From Anaerolineae bacterium (lineage in GTDB: Bacteria > Chloroflexota > Anaerolineae > UBA4142): DNA of 64,000 bases. The stretch lies in the NCBI GenBank assembly GCA_034435055.1, contig DAOTXS010000065.1, forward strand, positions 1-64,000, in the 5' to 3' direction. Position 1 is the first letter of the stretch. Each line of letters starts with the position of its first letter. The notes below the pieces were generated by a model, which was not told where the DNA came from, ran no database searches, and worked only from the letters and a program-made list of their open reading frames with translations. The position numbers and the translations under genes are program-made. Below are positions 1 through 8,773 of the stretch, one piece after another.

Positions 1-135
1 GGGGTCGTCCGCGTCCTCGCTTGCGTTTCGGCAGTAGCGGTGCAAGCACTGCCCATTGGTCATCGGTTAGTTCATGGCGACTCATACCCCCATTTTAGGC
101 AATTTCTCGATTTTTGAAATAGGCTCTAGACAAAG

Positions 136-176
136 ACGAAGGACGAACGACGAAAGATGTCATTCGTCCTTCGTCA
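136..176 (-). terminator. Perfect 13-bp inverted repeat (GACGAAGGACGAA / TTCGTCCTTCGTC) downstream of the 191..580 gene
   Basis: Stem arms at 136-148 and 164-176 read directly; only a weak T-tract follows on the minus strand. Confidence 0.3.
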
Positions 177-190
177 TCAATCATCCGTCA

Positions 191-580
191 TTACTTGAAT
201 TCCATCTCCAGGGCTTCTTTGATTTCGTTCAACGATAATCCTGCCAACCGACGCATCCGCGTCGTCGGTGTGTGTCCGTCAAAATCATAGTCGGACGAGG
301 CGTGGCGATGTACCCACACTTTGCCGACGCGCGCTTCGGTACCATTGTCATCGACACTGATGACGATGTTGAGATCATAAGAGATCTTGTCCTGTTTCCA
401 GGAAAGAATCCAGCGCATATTACTGCGGTCGATCTTGGGCTGGCTCGTTACTTTGCCTTTGCCCTTGAGATACGTTTGATTCGCTGCTTTGAGCAAATCG
501 ACAATGCCTTTACCCGATTCGCGTTTCACCTGTTCGATCACGCGGTTGATCCGTTCATTAGTTTCTGCCATCATCGCCAT
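191..580 (-). CDS. Hypothetical protein (129 aa), no recognisable family
   Basis: Intact ORF that overlaps the downstream end of the rhomboid gene by 10 nt in the same orientation; no motif recognised. Confidence 0.4.
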   Translation of the reverse strand: MAMMAETNERINRVIEQVKRESGKGIVDLLKAANQTYLKGKGKVTSQPKIDRSNMRWILSWKQDKISYDLNIVISVDDNGTEARVGKVWVHRHASSDYDFDGHTPTTRMRRLAGLSLNEIKEALEMEFK

Positions 581-1305
581 CCTTGAGGATAATCATCGAT
601 CAAATAATAAAACGATGAACGCCGCCGGCGCGCCCGTCCGATGAACGGCAGGATCAGCACTAGCCCGGTGATGAATCCGCCGATGTGTGCCCAAAATGCG
701 ATGCCGCCCGTCGCCGCCGCGGTGGTCGTCAATGAACCGATGCCATAGAAAAATTGCTGCACGAACCACCAACCGATCACAAAAATTGCCGGCAAATCAA
801 TCGTCGTGAAAAAGATAAAAATTGGCAACAAAATTCCGATGCGCGCCGTGGGGTACAAAATCAAATACGCGCCCAGCACGCCAGCAATCGCGCCGCTCGC
901 GCCAATTGTGGGAATGCGCGAAGGACCCATCACAAAAATTTGGACGAGTGCGGCGGCAATCCCGGCGAGCAAATAGAAAATCAAATAGCCCCAATGTCCC
1001 AACGTGTCTTCGATATTATCGCCGAACACGAACAGGAACAACATATTGCCGATGATGTGCGCCCACCCGCCGTGCAGAAATTGCGATGTGACAAGCGTGA
1101 GCCAGATGAACGGCGACACGTCGAATGGATTTGCCAGCGCGAGCAGAATGTTGCTTGGAATCACACCCCAGGTTGCGACGAGTCGTTCTAGCGCGCGGGT
1201 TGGCAACGATAGCTCAAACAGAAATGCAATCACGTTGATCGCGATGAGCGATAGATTGACCAGCGGAAATCGCCGAGACGGATTAGAATCGGAAATGGGA
1301 ATCAT
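571..1305 (-). CDS. Rhomboid family intramembrane serine protease
   Basis: Polytopic membrane protein carrying the GASGAIAG (GxSG) serine motif and a downstream HIGGF histidine helix, both typical of rhomboids. Confidence 0.8.
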   Translation of the reverse strand: MIPISDSNPSRRFPLVNLSLIAINVIAFLFELSLPTRALERLVATWGVIPSNILLALANPFDVSPFIWLTLVTSQFLHGGWAHIIGNMLFLFVFGDNIEDTLGHWGYLIFYLLAGIAAALVQIFVMGPSRIPTIGASGAIAGVLGAYLILYPTARIGILLPIFIFFTTIDLPAIFVIGWWFVQQFFYGIGSLTTTAAATGGIAFWAHIGGFITGLVLILPFIGRARRRRSSFYYLIDDYPQGWR

Positions 1306-1640
1306 TGTAAGCGGTCCAATTCTTGCCGCAATCGATTGATTTCCGCCGTCAATTCCTCTTCACGTTTTTGCATTTGTGCCTGCAAGTTTTCCAAGCGTTC
1401 TGTCAAATCGATAATAATTTCGACACCCGCGAGGTTCACGCCAAGTTCGTTCGTGAGCCGTTGAATTTTGCGCAAGCGTTCGATTTCTTTTTGCGAGTAC
1501 AACCGAATCTTGCCGGACGAGCGTGTCGGTTTTAGCAATCCCACGCGTTCGTAATAGCGCAACGTTTGCGGATGCACTTGAAGCAAGCGCGCCGCCACGC
1601 TGATCACAAAGATCGGTTCATCATCACGATGAAATTCCAT
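1302..1640 (-). CDS. hspR: MerR-family heat-shock transcriptional repressor HspR
   Basis: N-terminal MerR HTH ([13 protein letters not shown]...RLYS) with a C-terminal coiled coil; lies immediately downstream of a dnaJ-like gene, the classic cbpA/dnaJ-hspR arrangement. Confidence 0.75.
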   Translation of the reverse strand: MEFHRDDEPIFVISVAARLLQVHPQTLRYYERVGLLKPTRSSGKIRLYSQKEIERLRKIQRLTNELGVNLAGVEIIIDLTERLENLQAQMQKREEELTAEINRLRQELDRLQ

Positions 1641-1664
1641 TGGGTTGTTTATCTCCGTTCAATC

Positions 1665-1693
1665 GTAGGGATGACCCTCGTGGTCGCCCCTAC
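1665..1693. repeat. Palindromic repeat GTAGGGATGACC-CTCGTG-GTCGCCCCTAC (family copy 1)
   Basis: Near-perfect palindrome between the cbpA stop and the hspR start; the same motif recurs at 17380, 21785 and 36229. Confidence 0.7.
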
Positions 1694-1699
1694 CAATAT

Positions 1700-2608
1700 T
1701 TATCGTTTTCTCTTCTTTGCCAATTGCGAAAATATCTCGCGTTCTTCATGCGATAATTTTTCCGGCAGGACGACGCGCACCTTGGCGTACAAATCGCCGA
1801 ACACATTCGGTTCGTTCAAACGTGGCATTCCTTGCCCCGCTAAACGAAAGGTCTTGCCGCTTTGCGTCTCCGCCGGAATTTTCAGCGCGAGCGATCCTTT
1901 GAGCGTTGGGACATTCACTTCGCCACCGAGCAGCGCGATGTACAGATCGACCGGGATTTCGCAGCGCAGATCATCACCGTCGCGTTCAAAAATGGGATGC
2001 GGTGCAACTTGCACCCGCAAAAATAAATCGCCTGACGCGCCACCGCTGGAGCCGGCATAACCCTCGCCGGCGTACCGAATTTTCGAACCGGTTTTAACCC
2101 CCGCCGGAATTTTGATTTCCAAGCGCCGATTTTCTTTTTGTATGAGGCGTGTCGTTCCGCGGTACGCTTCCTCGAGCGTGATTTCGATGGGTTGTTCCAC
2201 GTCCTGTCCGCGTCGCGGACGCGCGCGCGCCGATTCGCCAAAGCCAAAGTTGCGGAAGAAATCAGAAAAGCCACCCAAGTCGCCAAAGATTTCGTTCAAG
2301 TCTTCGGCGTTGACGGTGCGATATTGCACGCCGCCGCCGCCCCACTGAAACGGACCCTGACCGCCCGCGCGTTGATATTGTTCGTACGCCTGCCAGTTTG
2401 CGCCGAGCGTGTCGTATTTCTTGCGCTTTTCCGAATCAGAGAGAACTTCGTACGCCTCGTTGACTTCTTTGAATTTCTCTTGCGCTTTCTTATCCGGGTT
2501 GACGTCCGGGTGCAGTTTGCGCGCCAAACGCCGATAAGCATTCTTGATCTCTTTTTCATCGGCGGTTTTGTTCACGCCCAAAATCTTGTAATAATCTTTG
2601 TATTCCAT
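1700..2608 (-). CDS. cbpA: DnaJ-domain co-chaperone, CbpA-like (J domain plus C-terminal substrate-binding domains, no zinc finger)
   Basis: [12 protein letters not shown]...HPDVN J-domain with the HPD motif at the N-terminus and a Gly-rich linker; no CxxCxGxG repeats. Start moved to the ATG at 2608, preceded by GGAG. The longer ORF reaches 2644. Confidence 0.8.
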   Translation of the reverse strand: MEYKDYYKILGVNKTADEKEIKNAYRRLARKLHPDVNPDKKAQEKFKEVNEAYEVLSDSEKRKKYDTLGANWQAYEQYQRAGGQGPFQWGGGGVQYRTVNAEDLNEIFGDLGGFSDFFRNFGFGESARARPRRGQDVEQPIEITLEEAYRGTTRLIQKENRRLEIKIPAGVKTGSKIRYAGEGYAGSSGGASGDLFLRVQVAPHPIFERDGDDLRCEIPVDLYIALLGGEVNVPTLKGSLALKIPAETQSGKTFRLAGQGMPRLNEPNVFGDLYAKVRVVLPEKLSHEEREIFSQLAKKRKR

Positions 2609-2660
2609 TTTGGCTCCAAGCCAACGGCTCGTCATTTCTCGCAAAATGACACTGCGGAGA

Positions 2661-2689
2661 TTATACCACTCTCAATAAAGTATGTCAAC
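2661..2689 (-). promoter_or_regulatory. Consensus sigma70-type promoter for the cbpA-hspR operon (TTGACA-N17-TATAAT on the minus strand)
   Basis: On the plus strand, ATTATA at 2661-2666 and TGTCAA at 2684-2689, with exactly 17 nt between them. Confidence 0.6.
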
Positions 2690-2714
2690 TAAACTACATT
2701 AAAATTCGATAAAA

Positions 2715-2735
2715 CTTGATAAAATCATTATCAAG
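2715..2735. promoter_or_regulatory. HAIR-like inverted repeat CTTGATA-N7-TATCAAG (candidate HspR operator)
   Basis: Perfect 7-N7-7 palindrome lying between the two divergent promoters. It resembles the HspR-associated inverted repeat consensus CTTGAGT-N7-ACTCAAG. Confidence 0.55.
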
Positions 2736-2739
2736 TCTA

Positions 2740-2768
2740 TTGACAAATAAAAATTACAGTCGTATAAT
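2740..2768 (+). promoter_or_regulatory. Consensus sigma70-type promoter for the tandem hsp20 genes (TTGACA-N17-TATAAT)
   Basis: TTGACA at 2740-2745 and TATAAT at 2763-2768 with a 17-nt spacer. A 5'UTR hairpin (2769-2797) and GGGAGGA precede the ATG at 2820. Confidence 0.6.
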
Positions 2769-2819
2769 CCGAATCGAAAAATGACCGAGCGATTCGGTTG
2801 AAAAATCAGGGAGGAAAAT

Positions 2820-3266
2820 ATGAGCAGTCTAATTCGATGGGATCCGTTTGATCGATTGTCGCTCCGGAGCGCGATGGATCGACTTTTCGATGATTCATTC
2901 GTGCGTCCCGGTTTTGGCTGGTTCGCGCCGGCGAGCGCGGTGGAGTTGGCAATCGATATGTACGAAACCAAGGACGATGTTGTGGTCAAAGCGGCGTTAC
3001 CCGGCATCAAGCCGGAGGAGGTCGAGGTGACCATCACCGGCGATTCGTTGATGATTCGTGGCGAATCGACAGAAGAGAACCAAGTCAAGGAAGAGAATTA
3101 TCTTCGTAAAGAGCGCCGCTTTGGCTCGTTCTGTCGATCGATTACCCTGCCCAGCGGCATCAAAGCAGACAAAGCCGATGCGGTGTTCGAAAATGGTGTG
3201 CTGACTTTGAAAATTCCGAAAGCCGAAGAAACCAAGCCCAAAACCATCAAGGTGAAAACGAAATAA
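2820..3266 (+). CDS. Hsp20/alpha-crystallin family small heat shock protein
   Basis: Alpha-crystallin domain with the C-terminal IKV motif; sequence runs WDPFDRL...GVLTLKIPK. Confidence 0.9.
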   Translation: MSSLIRWDPFDRLSLRSAMDRLFDDSFVRPGFGWFAPASAVELAIDMYETKDDVVVKAALPGIKPEEVEVTITGDSLMIRGESTEENQVKEENYLRKERRFGSFCRSITLPSGIKADKADAVFENGVLTLKIPKAEETKPKTIKVKTK

Positions 3267-3285
3267 CGTCCGAACGTTCAAATGT

Positions 3286-3726
3286 TTGGAGGACACCATG
3301 AGCATTTCACGTTGGGAACCATTCAAGGAAATGATGACTCTGCGCCAAGCGATGGATCGATTATTCGAAGATTCGTTCGTGCGACCCTATCGCGGTGCTG
3401 AGGGCACGTACCTGCCGCTCGACATTTACACGACGAATGACGCCGTGATTATCCGTGCCGCCGTGCCAGGTGTTGCGCCGGACGATGTCGAAGTAATGGT
3501 GGAAGGAAGCACGGTAACGATTCGCGGTGAGACCAAAGCGCCGCAGGTTGACGGCAACTTTTTACTGCAAGAACGCCGCTATGGACCTTTCGCCCGTTCC
3601 ATCGATCTGGCGATCCCGGTGCAGGCGGATAAAGCCGAAGCCAAGTTTGAGAATGGCGTCTTGGTGCTGTCAATTCCGAAAGCAGAAGAAGTCAAGCCCA
3701 AAGTCATCAAAGTCAAGAGCGCGTAA
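3286..3726 (+). CDS. Hsp20/alpha-crystallin family small heat shock protein (second tandem copy)
   Basis: Paralog of the upstream gene (WEPFKEM...GVLVLSIPK). The start may be the ATG at 3298. Confidence 0.9.
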   Translation: MEDTMSISRWEPFKEMMTLRQAMDRLFEDSFVRPYRGAEGTYLPLDIYTTNDAVIIRAAVPGVAPDDVEVMVEGSTVTIRGETKAPQVDGNFLLQERRYGPFARSIDLAIPVQADKAEAKFENGVLVLSIPKAEEVKPKVIKVKSA

Positions 3727-3806
3727 ATTCTTTTTACCACAGAGAACGCAAAGAACACCACAAAAATTTTCCTGTGTGATTCTGCGTTGGCTGTGGCGGA
3801 AAAATC

Positions 3807-3846
3807 AAAACCCGAAGGACAAAAACCCTTCGGGTTTATTTTTTCT
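3807..3846 (+). terminator. Rho-independent terminator after the hsp20 pair
   Basis: AAACCCGAAGG...CCCTTCGGGTTT stem followed by ATTTTTTC. Confidence 0.75.
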
Positions 3847-3917
3847 ACATCCAAATTATCGTCCGCGAATCTGCGCGAATGATTGGATGGTTAGCGAAGA
3901 TTCGTGGATGAATAGTC

Positions 3918-4175
3918 CTACGCAAAATAATCAACCGCCGCAAGCCAGAAATCTGCGCTGGCTTTGGGTGTTGGCGTGGGCTGGGGCACCGGCGTTGGCG
4001 GCGCGGCAGTCGGCACTTCGATGGTGGGAGGTGGCGGCGCGCTGGGGGTTCCCACGCCGGTGAACACAATCACGGTTCCTAGCACCATACTCAACGCAAC
4101 AAGGGAATTCAAGCCGATGTTGGCGTACCACCGCCAGTCGCGGCGTTTCTTTTTGGGGTCGAATCGTTTAGGCAT
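3918..4175 (-). CDS. Hypothetical small membrane protein with a Pro-rich tail (85 aa)
   Basis: One predicted TM helix and a PPPPTIEVPTAAPPTPVPQPTPTP tail; weak call. Confidence 0.3.
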   Translation of the reverse strand: MPKRFDPKKKRRDWRWYANIGLNSLVALSMVLGTVIVFTGVGTPSAPPPPTIEVPTAAPPTPVPQPTPTPKASADFWLAAVDYFA

Positions 4176-4457
4176 TTGATATTTATCCTCCTAAAATGGC
4201 GGAGCAGATTATACCATAATCACGAACGTTGACAAAATTTGTTTTGCCGGGCAAATCAATTGCAGTTGCTAATCGCCAATCCACCAATTTAAATCCGCTA
4301 CAAAGACTTGCCTAAAGAATCAAAGTAGAGTATCATAGCGGCAGAACAACACAGTCTCAAAATATGATATTGTCAGCGAAAGGGGGGATGCGATCGATTA
4401 AACGCGGTGCTTCGTTCGACGCTTAAACCCAGATAGATTTCTCTTGGAGGAGAAGAA

Positions 4458-5636
4458 ATGAGAAAACTTTTATTGGTTGTCTTTGTCGCGCTGGCAATTT
4501 TCGTTGTAGCGTGCGCGGCGCCAACGCCAGAACCGACCAAAGCCCCGCCGCCCACGGTTGCACCGACAGCGGTTCCAACCAAACCACCTGAAGCAACCAA
4601 GCCACCCACGGTTGCACCGACGGCTGTGCCGCCAACTGCAACAAAACCACCTGCAACTACTGCACCGGCAAGTTCGGCTTCATCAGTCACCGCCGCACCT
4701 ACCGCGACGGTGCCCCCGGCTAAATGCGAAAAATTGCCCAATATGCCCACCGTCGCCGCGGGCGCGTTGGGTTCATCCACGAATCCAATCGTCATCACCT
4801 TTGTTCCGTCCGGCGACGTTCCAACAATCACCCGTGCCGGCACTGAAACTGCCGACTGTCTAGCCAAGATCACCGGCTTGTCGTACAAAATCGAAGTTGG
4901 CACCTCGTACGCCGTTTCAATCGAAGCAATGGGTGCCGGTAAAGCGCACGCCGGTTTCCTAGCGACCTTTGCGGCGATTCTCGCGCGTGAAAAGTACGGC
5001 ATCGAACCGGCGCTGGCTTCGATCCGTGCGTATACAACCAACGACCTCGATCCCGACAAAGCGCTCGCCGGTCAGATGACCGATTTTTACAAAGGTCAGT
5101 TCATCACCAAGAAAGGTTCCGGCATCAAGACGATTGCAGACTTGAAGGGTAAGACGTTTTGCGGTGCGGGCGCAACTTCCACCTCGGGCTGGATCATTCC
5201 AAGCATCAACTTGAAAGCGAACGGCATTGATCCAGATAAAGATTTAAAAAGTGTTACACAGGTAACGGGGTCTCACCCCGGTGTGGTCATCGCCGTGTAT
5301 AAAGGTGATTGCGATGCAGGCGCGACGTATGTGGATGCGCGAACGGATGCTTCTGTGTTGCGTACCTATCCCGATGTCAACAACGTGGTCGAACCATTCT
5401 TTGTCAGCATCCGCATTCCGAATGATGGTTTGCAATTCATCAAGGGCTTTGACCCGGCGCTCCGCAAAGCGACGATTGACGGCTTGCTCTCCATGATGGC
5501 TGATCCGGGCGGAAAAGCCGTGGTACGCCGCGCGTATTCGTACGATGCAATGAAAGAAGTACCCGCCACATATTACGACGAATTCCGCGACCTGTTGAAG
5601 AAAGCCGGCGTGGACGCGGCGTCGTTGGTTCGCTAA
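4458..5636 (+). CDS. phnD: Phosphonate/phosphite ABC transporter substrate-binding lipoprotein (PhnD family)
   Basis: Lipoprotein signal with VVAC lipobox and a Thr/Pro linker, followed by a PhnD-like periplasmic binding fold. GGAGGA RBS. Sits upstream of phnC and phnE. Confidence 0.75.
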   Translation: MRKLLLVVFVALAIFVVACAAPTPEPTKAPPPTVAPTAVPTKPPEATKPPTVAPTAVPPTATKPPATTAPASSASSVTAAPTATVPPAKCEKLPNMPTVAAGALGSSTNPIVITFVPSGDVPTITRAGTETADCLAKITGLSYKIEVGTSYAVSIEAMGAGKAHAGFLATFAAILAREKYGIEPALASIRAYTTNDLDPDKALAGQMTDFYKGQFITKKGSGIKTIADLKGKTFCGAGATSTSGWIIPSINLKANGIDPDKDLKSVTQVTGSHPGVVIAVYKGDCDAGATYVDARTDASVLRTYPDVNNVVEPFFVSIRIPNDGLQFIKGFDPALRKATIDGLLSMMADPGGKAVVRRAYSYDAMKEVPATYYDEFRDLLKKAGVDAASLVR

Positions 5637-5740
5637 CCCTGTTCGCGATGGGCAGTCGTTGTTCAATCAGAACCCTCGCGTGAATCAACCCGAAGGGTTG
5701 TTGGCTACCCAGCGACCCTTCGGGTCTCTTAAAGGACAAC

Positions 5741-6499
5741 ATGCTCAAAGTTGAGAATCTCACCAAAGTTTACCCCAATGGCACGGTCGCGCTCAAGGAT
5801 GTCAGTTTCCAAGTCAAGGATGGCGAATTTCTCGCTGTGATCGGTTTGAGCGGTTCAGGCAAGTCAACGTTGTTGCGTTGCATCAATCGCTTGATCGAAC
5901 CGACCGCCGGACGAATTTTGTGGAATGACGTTGAACTGACTGCGCTGTCGGCGGACGAGATGCGCAAAATGCGACGCCAGATGGGAATGGTGTTCCAGCA
6001 ATTCAATCTGGTCAAGCGTTCCTCGGTTATTACCAATGTCCTCTCCGGGCGTTTGGGTTATGTGTCTTCCTCTGCTAGTCTCATCAATTATTTTTCCCCT
6101 GCGGATCAAGAGCGCGCGCTCAACAACCTGGAGCGGATGGGTTTGCGCGACAAAGCGTACGTCCGCGCCGACTCACTTTCCGGCGGTCAACAACAACGCG
6201 TCGCGATTGCGCGCGCGTTGATGCAAGAGCCCAAACTGATGTTGGCGGACGAACCGGTCGCGTCGCTCGATCCGGTCTTGTCGCACTCGATCCTCAAATA
6301 TCTCGAACAACTGAACAAAGTGGACAAGATCACGGTCCTGTGCAGTCTGCATTTCTTGGACCTTGTTCATCGTTACGCCACCCAAGCCATCGCGCTAAAA
6401 GATGGACGCTTGGTGTTTCAAGGTCTGCCTCAACAAATCGACGACGCGCAGTTCAAAGCAATTTTTGGACAAGAAGCGGAACGCGTCACTATTCTCTGA
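5741..6499 (+). CDS. phnC: Phosphonate ABC transporter ATP-binding protein PhnC
   Basis: Walker A GLSGSGKST, ABC signature LSGGQQQR, Walker B and D-loop; PhnC-like overall. Confidence 0.85.
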   Translation: MLKVENLTKVYPNGTVALKDVSFQVKDGEFLAVIGLSGSGKSTLLRCINRLIEPTAGRILWNDVELTALSADEMRKMRRQMGMVFQQFNLVKRSSVITNVLSGRLGYVSSSASLINYFSPADQERALNNLERMGLRDKAYVRADSLSGGQQQRVAIARALMQEPKLMLADEPVASLDPVLSHSILKYLEQLNKVDKITVLCSLHFLDLVHRYATQAIALKDGRLVFQGLPQQIDDAQFKAIFGQEAERVTIL

Positions 6500-6537
6500 T
6501 TTTCGATTGAATCATCTAGTATCGCACAATCGAAAAC

Positions 6538-8526
6538 TTGAAACCTATGAATTCATCCTCTTCTCCCCTAAAGAATGTATCGCTTGCGACAATATTTTCC
6601 GCGCTCGTTCCCGGCGCGGGACAATTCTATCTGGACAAGCGCGGGCGCGGCGTCGGAATTTTTTCCGCGCTGGTGGTGCTTGCGTTTCTCATCCATTGGG
6701 CGCTCGATAATTTCAAGGTCGGTACGGTAACGGCCGGTGCGATAGTAACAAGCTGGCTCTACGTTCCGCTCGCGCTCTTTTGGTTGTGGAATGTGATAGA
6801 TGCTTACCGGCTTGGGCGGGGTGAACGTTCGCCCGCGTTAATTGCTTACCTGATGGCGGCGATCATTATCTATTCCATCGGTTGGCAAGTAACCGATGTT
6901 AATCTGGATCGCCTGGTCAATCGATTCCAAGATATTCAAGCCGTTTCGCGCGCGCTCTTCGCCCCCGACCTCTTTGCGCGCGATGAAAAAGGCAATTGGG
7001 GTCCCAGCGAAAATTTCGGCGAGATTATCGGCAAAATTGCCGACCGACCTGCGCCGGAATTTTTGGTAAACCTAGGCTTGTTTCGAAAAGAAGATGTTGT
7101 CCCCACGCCGATTCTCGGCAAGATGGCGGAAACGATTGCCATCGGTTTGATGGCAACACTCCTGTCAACGATCTTTGCACTCCCGCTCAGTTTTCTTGCC
7201 GCGCACAATATTATGGCGCGCCTTCCCGGCGGCACGCTGATCTATTACGTGATGCGCGCATTCTTGAACTTTGTTCGCTCGGTGGACACACTGATCTGGG
7301 CAGTCATTATGGTCGTGTGGGTGGGGCTGGGTTCATTTGCCGGCGTTCTCGCGCTGACGATTCACTCGATTGCCGCGTTGGGCAAATTGTATTCGGAAGA
7401 GATCGAGCATATTGACCCAGGTCCCATTGAAGCGATTACGGCAACTGGCGCGAATCTGCTCCAAGTTATTCGTTATGCGGTGATTCCGCAAATCATTCCG
7501 CCGTTTCTCGCCTTCACCTTGTTGCGTTGGGACATTAATATGCGGACGGCGACCGTTGTCGGTCTTGTTGCCGGCGGCGGCATCGGCTTTTTTGTAGTCG
7601 AGACGATTCAAAAAGGTGGCTATGAACAATACGCGGCGGCGTTGTGGGTCGTCGCTATCGTTATCATTCTGGTGGATTATATTAGCGCGCGGTGGCGCGA
7701 ACGAATTTTGATTGGCGACACCACTGTTGCCGTTGCTACACCCAAGCCATTCTATCGTTCGCCGCGCACGATGTTCTACATTTTGCTGGCGCTGGTATTG
7801 CTCGTTGCCAGTTATCAACTGTCCGGCATCGAGCCGCGCAAGATGTTTGAACCAGCACCCACCTTTGTCCGACTGGTAGGCGATTTCGTAACGATTGACC
7901 TGACGCCCGCGGTGTTGAACAACGTGATCAAGCAAATGCTGGTTACGTTGTTCCAAGCTTTGCTCGCGACGACGTTGGGTGGCATCGTCGCGATTCCGTT
8001 CAGTTTTCTTGCCGCGCGTAATTTGATGGGCGGCAATCTGCTCTCGCTCGTGATTTATTACGTAACGCGCGGCACGCTCAATGTCTTGCGTTCGATTGAG
8101 GCGTTACTCTACGTCTCCATCTTCCTGATCTGGGTTGGCGTGGGACCGTTTGCTGGAATGTTGGCGCTGGCGATCACCTCCTTCGCGCTGATCGGCAAAC
8201 TATTCTCGGAGGCAATCGAGAACATTGATCCAGGTCCGATGGAAGCCATCACAGCGACCGGGGCGACACCTTTGCAAACCATCGTCTATGCGATTTTGCC
8301 ACAAATCATTCCGCCGTTCGTCTCGTACTGGATTTATCAATGGGACATCAACGTGCGGATTTCGACGATTGTTGGTTTCGCCGGCGGCGGTGGCGTCGGT
8401 TTGTTGCTCAACAATTACTTTGGTGTTTTGCAATATCACAAAGCCGGCACCGTGGTTGCGATCATCGTGCTTGTCGTGACGATAATGGACTTTGCGAGCG
8501 CGAAGATTCGGGAAAAGATGGTGTAA
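6538..8526 (+). CDS. phnE: Phosphonate ABC transporter permease, fused duplicated PhnE, with an N-terminal TM2-like domain
   Basis: Two PhnE-type permease repeats, each carrying the EAA-like ...IDPGP(I/M)EAITATGA... loop. An N-terminal ~100 aa region has the PGAGQFYL...NVIDAYR motif. Confidence 0.8.
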   Translation: MKPMNSSSSPLKNVSLATIFSALVPGAGQFYLDKRGRGVGIFSALVVLAFLIHWALDNFKVGTVTAGAIVTSWLYVPLALFWLWNVIDAYRLGRGERSPALIAYLMAAIIIYSIGWQVTDVNLDRLVNRFQDIQAVSRALFAPDLFARDEKGNWGPSENFGEIIGKIADRPAPEFLVNLGLFRKEDVVPTPILGKMAETIAIGLMATLLSTIFALPLSFLAAHNIMARLPGGTLIYYVMRAFLNFVRSVDTLIWAVIMVVWVGLGSFAGVLALTIHSIAALGKLYSEEIEHIDPGPIEAITATGANLLQVIRYAVIPQIIPPFLAFTLLRWDINMRTATVVGLVAGGGIGFFVVETIQKGGYEQYAAALWVVAIVIILVDYISARWRERILIGDTTVAVATPKPFYRSPRTMFYILLALVLLVASYQLSGIEPRKMFEPAPTFVRLVGDFVTIDLTPAVLNNVIKQMLVTLFQALLATTLGGIVAIPFSFLAARNLMGGNLLSLVIYYVTRGTLNVLRSIEALLYVSIFLIWVGVGPFAGMLALAITSFALIGKLFSEAIENIDPGPMEAITATGATPLQTIVYAILPQIIPPFVSYWIYQWDINVRISTIVGFAGGGGVGLLLNNYFGVLQYHKAGTVVAIIVLVVTIMDFASAKIREKMV

Positions 8527-8546
8527 CGAGTTGTCATTTGGTGGCA

Positions 8547-8583
8547 GGGCATTCGTGTACGTTTGCGAATGCCCTTTTCTTTT
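8547..8583 (+). terminator. Rho-independent terminator after the phn operon
   Basis: GGGCATTCG...CGAATGCCC stem followed by TTTTCTTTT. Confidence 0.75.
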
Positions 8584-8773
8584 GGGGATTGGTTGGCAGT
8601 AAGAAAGTATTCGCTAACGGAATATCATGTATTTCTGGGACACGCAATTAAATTTTTTGCAATTCTTGTCTGATTGTGTTATAGTTATTGTGCAAACTTA
8701 TTCTTTGACCCGCGGGCTGCGGATATGAGTAACTGACTGATCGCTGATTCACTCTTTTCAATAGGAGAATACG

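Noticed and set aside
4373-5059. 228-aa minus-strand ORF
   Set aside because: Antisense to the phnD-like gene. Gly/Ala/Val-rich low-complexity translation, typical of the reverse frame of high-GC genes.
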